From assembly GCA_964248365.1 (NCBI GenBank), contig CAXTYC010000003.1, forward strand, positions 1-64,000: 64,000 nt of DNA, written 5' to 3'. The DNA comes from an uncultured Chroococcidiopsis sp. GTDB lineage: Bacteria > Cyanobacteriota > Cyanobacteriia > Cyanobacteriales > Chroococcidiopsidaceae. The number at the start of each line of letters is the position of its first letter. The stretch's first letter is position 1. This document shows positions 60,028 to 64,000 of the stretch, piece by piece. The translations under genes were made by a program, and so were the position numbers. A model generated the notes under the pieces. That model was given only the letters and a program-made list of their open reading frames with translations, had not been told where the DNA came from and did not search any database.

Positions 60028-60424
60028 CTTCCTAATCCTCCTTTTGCCTGCCTCCGCCTGGAAAATATGACTTTGTTGGCAAACGTGGTAAGTAAATATA
60101 ATTACTTAAGACAAATTTTTTCTAGATTACTCCTCTAAAATTTAGTATCTTACCTGGCATATTCTCAACCAACCGTTAGGTCAGGTGACGATTTGAGAGA
60201 AAATAAGTTCAGTGCTGTCTAGTCTTATTTACTAAACATTGCACCCAGACTCCTCTTGGGCTAACGCAATTACTGTCTCATCGAATACTAAAAGATGTAA
60301 ATAATTATTAAATGTTACCAGTTAGTACGATCGCCACTTTTAAAGGTTGACGAACGACTGCCAAAGGGTAGAGACTTACACCAGATTATAGATCTTTTAC
60401 TTTTAACAACATTAAGTTGAGAAA

Positions 60425-61462
60425 ATGACAACTGCTTCAACTCCTCAAACAAGTTCCTCCCAGCTACCTCCAGCAGATGCCAAAGCACAAGTGAGGCAGC
60501 TGATGCAACAGTTGCAAGATAAAATTTGTCAGGAATTAGAACAAATCGATGGCGTGGGTAAGTTTCGGCAAGATGAGTGGGATAGAGTTGAAGGGGGTGG
60601 AGGGCGATCGCGCGTTATGCGTGAAGGCGCTGTATTTGAACAAGGCGGAGTCGGCTTTTCGGAAGTGTGGGGTGAGCATCTACCGCCCTCAATTTTGGCA
60701 CAACGTCCAGACGCAACCGGACATAAGTGGATGGCTACAGGCACTTCAATGGTGTTGCATCCCCGTAATCCATATATTCCAACTGTTCACCTAAATTACC
60801 GCTACTTTGAAGCAGGACCAGTTTGGTGGTTTGGTGGAGGTCTGGATCTAACTCCTTATTACCCCTTTGCTGAAGATGCAGCCCACGTACATAAGACTTT
60901 AAAGTCTGCTTGTGATGCTCATCATCCAGAGTATTACCCAGTCTTTAAACGATGGTGCGATGAATACTTTTACCTGAAGCATCGCCAGGAAACTCGTGGT
61001 GTGGGTGGGATATTCTTTGACTATCAAGATGGTCAAGGACAACTGTATCGTGGACCCGATCCAGAAGGTGCAGCAGCTGCTTATAGTAACTCTTTGGGAA
61101 CACCAGCCCCACGTAGTTGGGAAGATACATTTGCCTTTGTGCGCGATTGTGGAGATGCTTTCTTACCTGCCTACTTGCCAATTGTAGAACGGCGGCGAAA
61201 TATGGAGTATGGCGATCGCGAACGCAATTTCCAACTGTATCGTCGGGGACGATATGTGGAATTCAACTTAGTTTATGACCGAGGGACAATCTTCGGACTC
61301 CAAACCAATGGTCGCACCGAATCAATTTTGATGTCTCTACCACCCCTGGTGCGCTGGGAATACGGTTATCAGCCTGAACCCAACACCCCAGAAGCCGAGT
61401 TGTATGAAACTTTCCTCAAGCCACAAGATTGGGCGAATTGGAAGCCTACAGTGCAAAAGTAG
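60425..61462 (+). CDS. hemF: Oxygen-dependent coproporphyrinogen III oxidase
   Basis: [28 protein letters not shown] and [20 protein letters not shown]. Confidence 0.97.
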   Translation: MTTASTPQTSSSQLPPADAKAQVRQLMQQLQDKICQELEQIDGVGKFRQDEWDRVEGGGGRSRVMREGAVFEQGGVGFSEVWGEHLPPSILAQRPDATGHKWMATGTSMVLHPRNPYIPTVHLNYRYFEAGPVWWFGGGLDLTPYYPFAEDAAHVHKTLKSACDAHHPEYYPVFKRWCDEYFYLKHRQETRGVGGIFFDYQDGQGQLYRGPDPEGAAAAYSNSLGTPAPRSWEDTFAFVRDCGDAFLPAYLPIVERRRNMEYGDRERNFQLYRRGRYVEFNLVYDRGTIFGLQTNGRTESILMSLPPLVRWEYGYQPEPNTPEAELYETFLKPQDWANWKPTVQK

Positions 61463-61619
61463 GATAAATCTAGGATGAAGCAGGAAAAAGGAGAAAGGGT
61501 AAAGGGTAAAGATAGAAAAGTTAACCTTTCACCTCTAACTTTTTCTTGCCTTGCTGCAATATATCTTTCCATATTTATCTGAGTTACTATTAGCACAAGT
61601 CAAACTCACCAAACAACAT

Positions 61620-61958
61620 ATGTCTGAATCAGTGCAATACATCACGAATCAACAAGGAGAAAGAGTCGGCGTACTATTGGATTTAGACACATACCACAGG
61701 TTGGTTTCTTTGCCGTCTGATGATGAAATGTCAGGATTAAGTCTGGATGAACTGCAAGCCTTAGCAGATAGTATGCTGGCTCCTACTGCTCAAACTCAAC
61801 TGAATGAGTTGCTAGCTCGGAATGCGGATAACCAACTTTCTGCTGATGAAACGGAAGTTCTAGATCGGCTGTTGACACAGGTTGACCAACTCAACATCCT
61901 TAAAACGAGAGCTAGGTATACCCTAAATCTCCAGCGTCGCATATCGGGCGTAGCGTGA
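61620..61958 (+). CDS. Hypothetical protein, putative antitoxin-like partner of the HNH gene
   Basis: VQYITNQQGERVGVLL N-terminus; stop overlaps the next start (GTGA). Confidence 0.6.
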   Translation: MSESVQYITNQQGERVGVLLDLDTYHRLVSLPSDDEMSGLSLDELQALADSMLAPTAQTQLNELLARNADNQLSADETEVLDRLLTQVDQLNILKTRARYTLNLQRRISGVA

Positions 61959-62408
61959 GTATTTATATTCCAGTTGAGTTGCACAAGCAAATTCGTAACC
62001 GTTTTGCAAATTGCTGTGCTTACTGTCTTACAGATGAATCCTTAACTGTTACAACGTTTGAATTTGAACATATTACTCCTCGAAGGGCTGGTGGAGAGAC
62101 TGTTTTTGAAAATCTTTGCCGCTTGTCCTTCCTGCAATCGCTACAAGGCTGCTCGACAAACAGCAATCAATCCAACTACTGGGCAAGAAGTCCCGTTATT
62201 TCATCCTCATCTTCAGGCGTGGACGGAACATTTTCGTTGGAATGAGGACGCAACAGAAATTATCGGACTCACACCCACTGGTCGAGCAACTATTACTGCT
62301 TTAAAGATGAATCGTCCTCAAATAAGTCGCGTACGCCGATGTGGGGAAAAATGGGTGAACATCCCCCAAAAACTGAGTAATGGTGTAATTCAGAATTTAG
62401 GCAATTAA
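61955..62408 (+). pseudogene. HNH endonuclease, frameshifted
   Basis: CAYC...EHITPRRAGG...ENLC in one frame, ACPSCNRYK...LFHP...GLTPTGRAT in another; second shift near 62340. Confidence 0.85.
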
Positions 62409-62497
62409 CTAAACTTCATATCAATCTCTTGTATTTTTGTAATGTTACTCGCCATTGGAGTTAGGGCATCCTAGATAAAAGATAGTTCAAGTATCAT

Positions 62498-62731
62498 ATG
62501 CCCTTACTCCTAGTTGCCTTACTGCTGATTGGCTTGCTAATTATTGCTTCAAAATTTAGTCGAAAACGCAAGAACATAAAAAAACTAACTTGCATAGCAG
62601 TTTTAGGTAGACCTTGGCGTGGTAAGTTGCTTAGAGATTTAGCAGCAAAAGCTAGAAGTGAGTATCCAGGTCAGTCAGAACAATGGTACTGGCGCAAGGC
62701 ACAAAGTGATTTAAAGCGTTACCGAGACTGA
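62498..62731 (+). CDS. Small membrane-anchored basic protein
   Basis: N-terminal TM helix; YPGQSEQWYWRKA motif. Confidence 0.55.
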   Translation: MPLLLVALLLIGLLIIASKFSRKRKNIKKLTCIAVLGRPWRGKLLRDLAAKARSEYPGQSEQWYWRKAQSDLKRYRD

Positions 62732-62772
62732 TTTCCTGCTTTGGGGTTCAACGTAGTTTTCATAGCAAAGTT

Positions 62773-63360
62773 TTACCGCTTTTGAAAGCGATACGGGTCT
62801 AAAATAGCTCCCCACAAAGCTTTACCCGTAGTGGGATCAATTCCCTTGTCGTAGCTCAAAAATTCCGCTTCGGTTGCCTCAAAACCAAGCGAAACTTGTA
62901 TTGTATTTTCACCATAGTTAAAACAGCATTTTTCCCCTGGTGGCGGGGCGGCAGTAAAGTGGTAGCTGTTAGCATTCGGTTGTTGCACTTTCACCAGCAG
63001 CATACAGCCAGGTAGCAGTTCAAATTGTTCTGGGGTGAATGACTTGAGTAAAGTTGGATTTGCCCCAGCACCGCGTACAGCCGCCGGATCTTTGGGCATA
63101 TAGTACTGTACTTGTATGGATGTATCCGCGTCAGAGCGTTCCTGTAACCGCATTAGCCGAGGGCGATAAGGTTGATCGAGTTTGACTATATTAGCTTGTT
63201 CGGCAAATAGAGTAATGCTGTCTGAGGCAAATAGAGGGACTGGTTTTTGCCATAGGTGGAGGTGGACGTACCAAGCAGGATCGGCGATCGCTTGTTCTCG
63301 ATTATCAAATTCACCTGCCATATAATTAGCAAGGGCAACCAGTTGAGGCGAGAAATTCAT
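62773..63360 (-). CDS. cpcT: CpcT/CpeT phycobiliprotein chromophore lyase
   Basis: AGEFDNREQA, EQA...PYRPR, LPGC and SYDKGID...LWG motifs. Confidence 0.85.
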   Translation of the reverse strand: MNFSPQLVALANYMAGEFDNREQAIADPAWYVHLHLWQKPVPLFASDSITLFAEQANIVKLDQPYRPRLMRLQERSDADTSIQVQYYMPKDPAAVRGAGANPTLLKSFTPEQFELLPGCMLLVKVQQPNANSYHFTAAPPPGEKCCFNYGENTIQVSLGFEATEAEFLSYDKGIDPTTGKALWGAILDPYRFQKR

Positions 63361-63573
63361 AATATGAAGTTAGAAGTATAAAGTATGAAGTTAGAAGTTA
63401 GAAGTGGGAAGTGGGAAGTGACCAAGTGGGAAGTCAGGAGTCAGGAGTTGTGAAGCTGGAATTCACAAATTAATGATTCTCCCCCTCTCCCCCTCTCCCT
63501 TCTTTCGGTTGCTTGGCAAAAGACCCTTTTAAGCGAGACAATAAATTAATAAGTACTCCCGTTGTGTCTCATT

Positions 63574-64000
63574 GTGAATAATCTGCGTACTGTATCCGAT
63601 ACCAAGCGAAACTTCTACACTTTGCACACCCGTCCAATTAACACCATCTATCGCAGGGTGGTAGAAGAATTGATGGTAGAAATGCATCTGCTGTCAGTCA
63701 ATGCTGATTTTCACTACGACCCAATTTATGCTTTGGGTGTAGTCACCGCTTTTGAGCGGTTTATGCAGGGCTACCAGCCAGAACGGGATAAAGAACCAAT
63801 TTTTGAAGCTCTGTGTCAGTCTATAGAAGACAACCCGCAAAGATTTCGACAAGATGCCCTCCGCTTGCGAAACATAGCGAAGAACTTATCAGCCAAAGAA
63901 TTGCTTGACTGGTTAAGTGGGGAAAATCGCCTGAATGGAGCAGAGGAGTTACAAGCACAGATCAGGGCGATCGCTCACAATCCTACCTTTAAATACAGCC
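63574..64000 (+). CDS. psb29: Photosystem II biogenesis protein Psb29/Thf1 (truncated by the window edge)
   Basis: Manual translation from GTG: MNNLRTVSDTKRNFYTLHTRPINTIYRRVVEELMVEMHLLSVN. Confidence 0.93.
   Translation, partial: MNNLRTVSDTKRNFYTLHTRPINTIYRRVVEELMVEMHLLSVNADFHYDPIYALGVVTAFERFMQGYQPERDKEPIFEALCQSIEDNPQRFRQDALRLRNIAKNLSAKELLDWLSGENRLNGAEELQAQIRAIAHNPTFKYS

Noticed and set aside
1..64000. CRISPR array, tRNA, rRNA, transposase or integrase genes
   Set aside because: No regularly spaced 25-40-nt repeats with unique spacers and no recognisable RNA-gene or transposase motifs seen; the repeats are 7-9-nt tandem units or isolated palindromes
1..64000. Frequent GCGATCGC octamers as a novel motif
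   Set aside because: This is the well-known cyanobacterial HIP1 sequence

Overview
Cyanobacterial chromosomal window, judged from frequent HIP1 octamers (GCGATCGC), intergenic 7-9 nt tandem repeats and genes such as rpaA, chlP, ndhS, cpcT and psb29. Most of it is housekeeping: lysS, rimP-nusA-ylxR-infB, recF, rodA, mrp, hemF, cysA and a peptide ABC transporter. The top candidate for an unusual system is at 47.3-52.6 kb on the minus strand. An intact WGR/HEAT-repeat gene and an intact SWIM zinc-finger gene are followed immediately by a ~265-nt structured non-coding region that folds like a retron msr/msd RNA. This is the type XIII retron layout, but no reverse transcriptase gene is present in the locus or the window. 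Other notable items: (i) a five-gene ferrosome-like cluster (P1B-6-like ATPase with GRxR HMA2 proteins) with non-canonical metal-site motifs; (ii) a 27-nt motif shared by the cysA and cysR upstream regions, with cysR next to a methanethiol-oxidase-family gene; (iii) a 3.4-kb cassette flanked by a duplicated piece of a DUF202 gene; (iv) a palindromic element inserted in frame in recF and in the ATPase; (v) three pseudogenes. All calls come from reading motifs by eye; no database searches were run.
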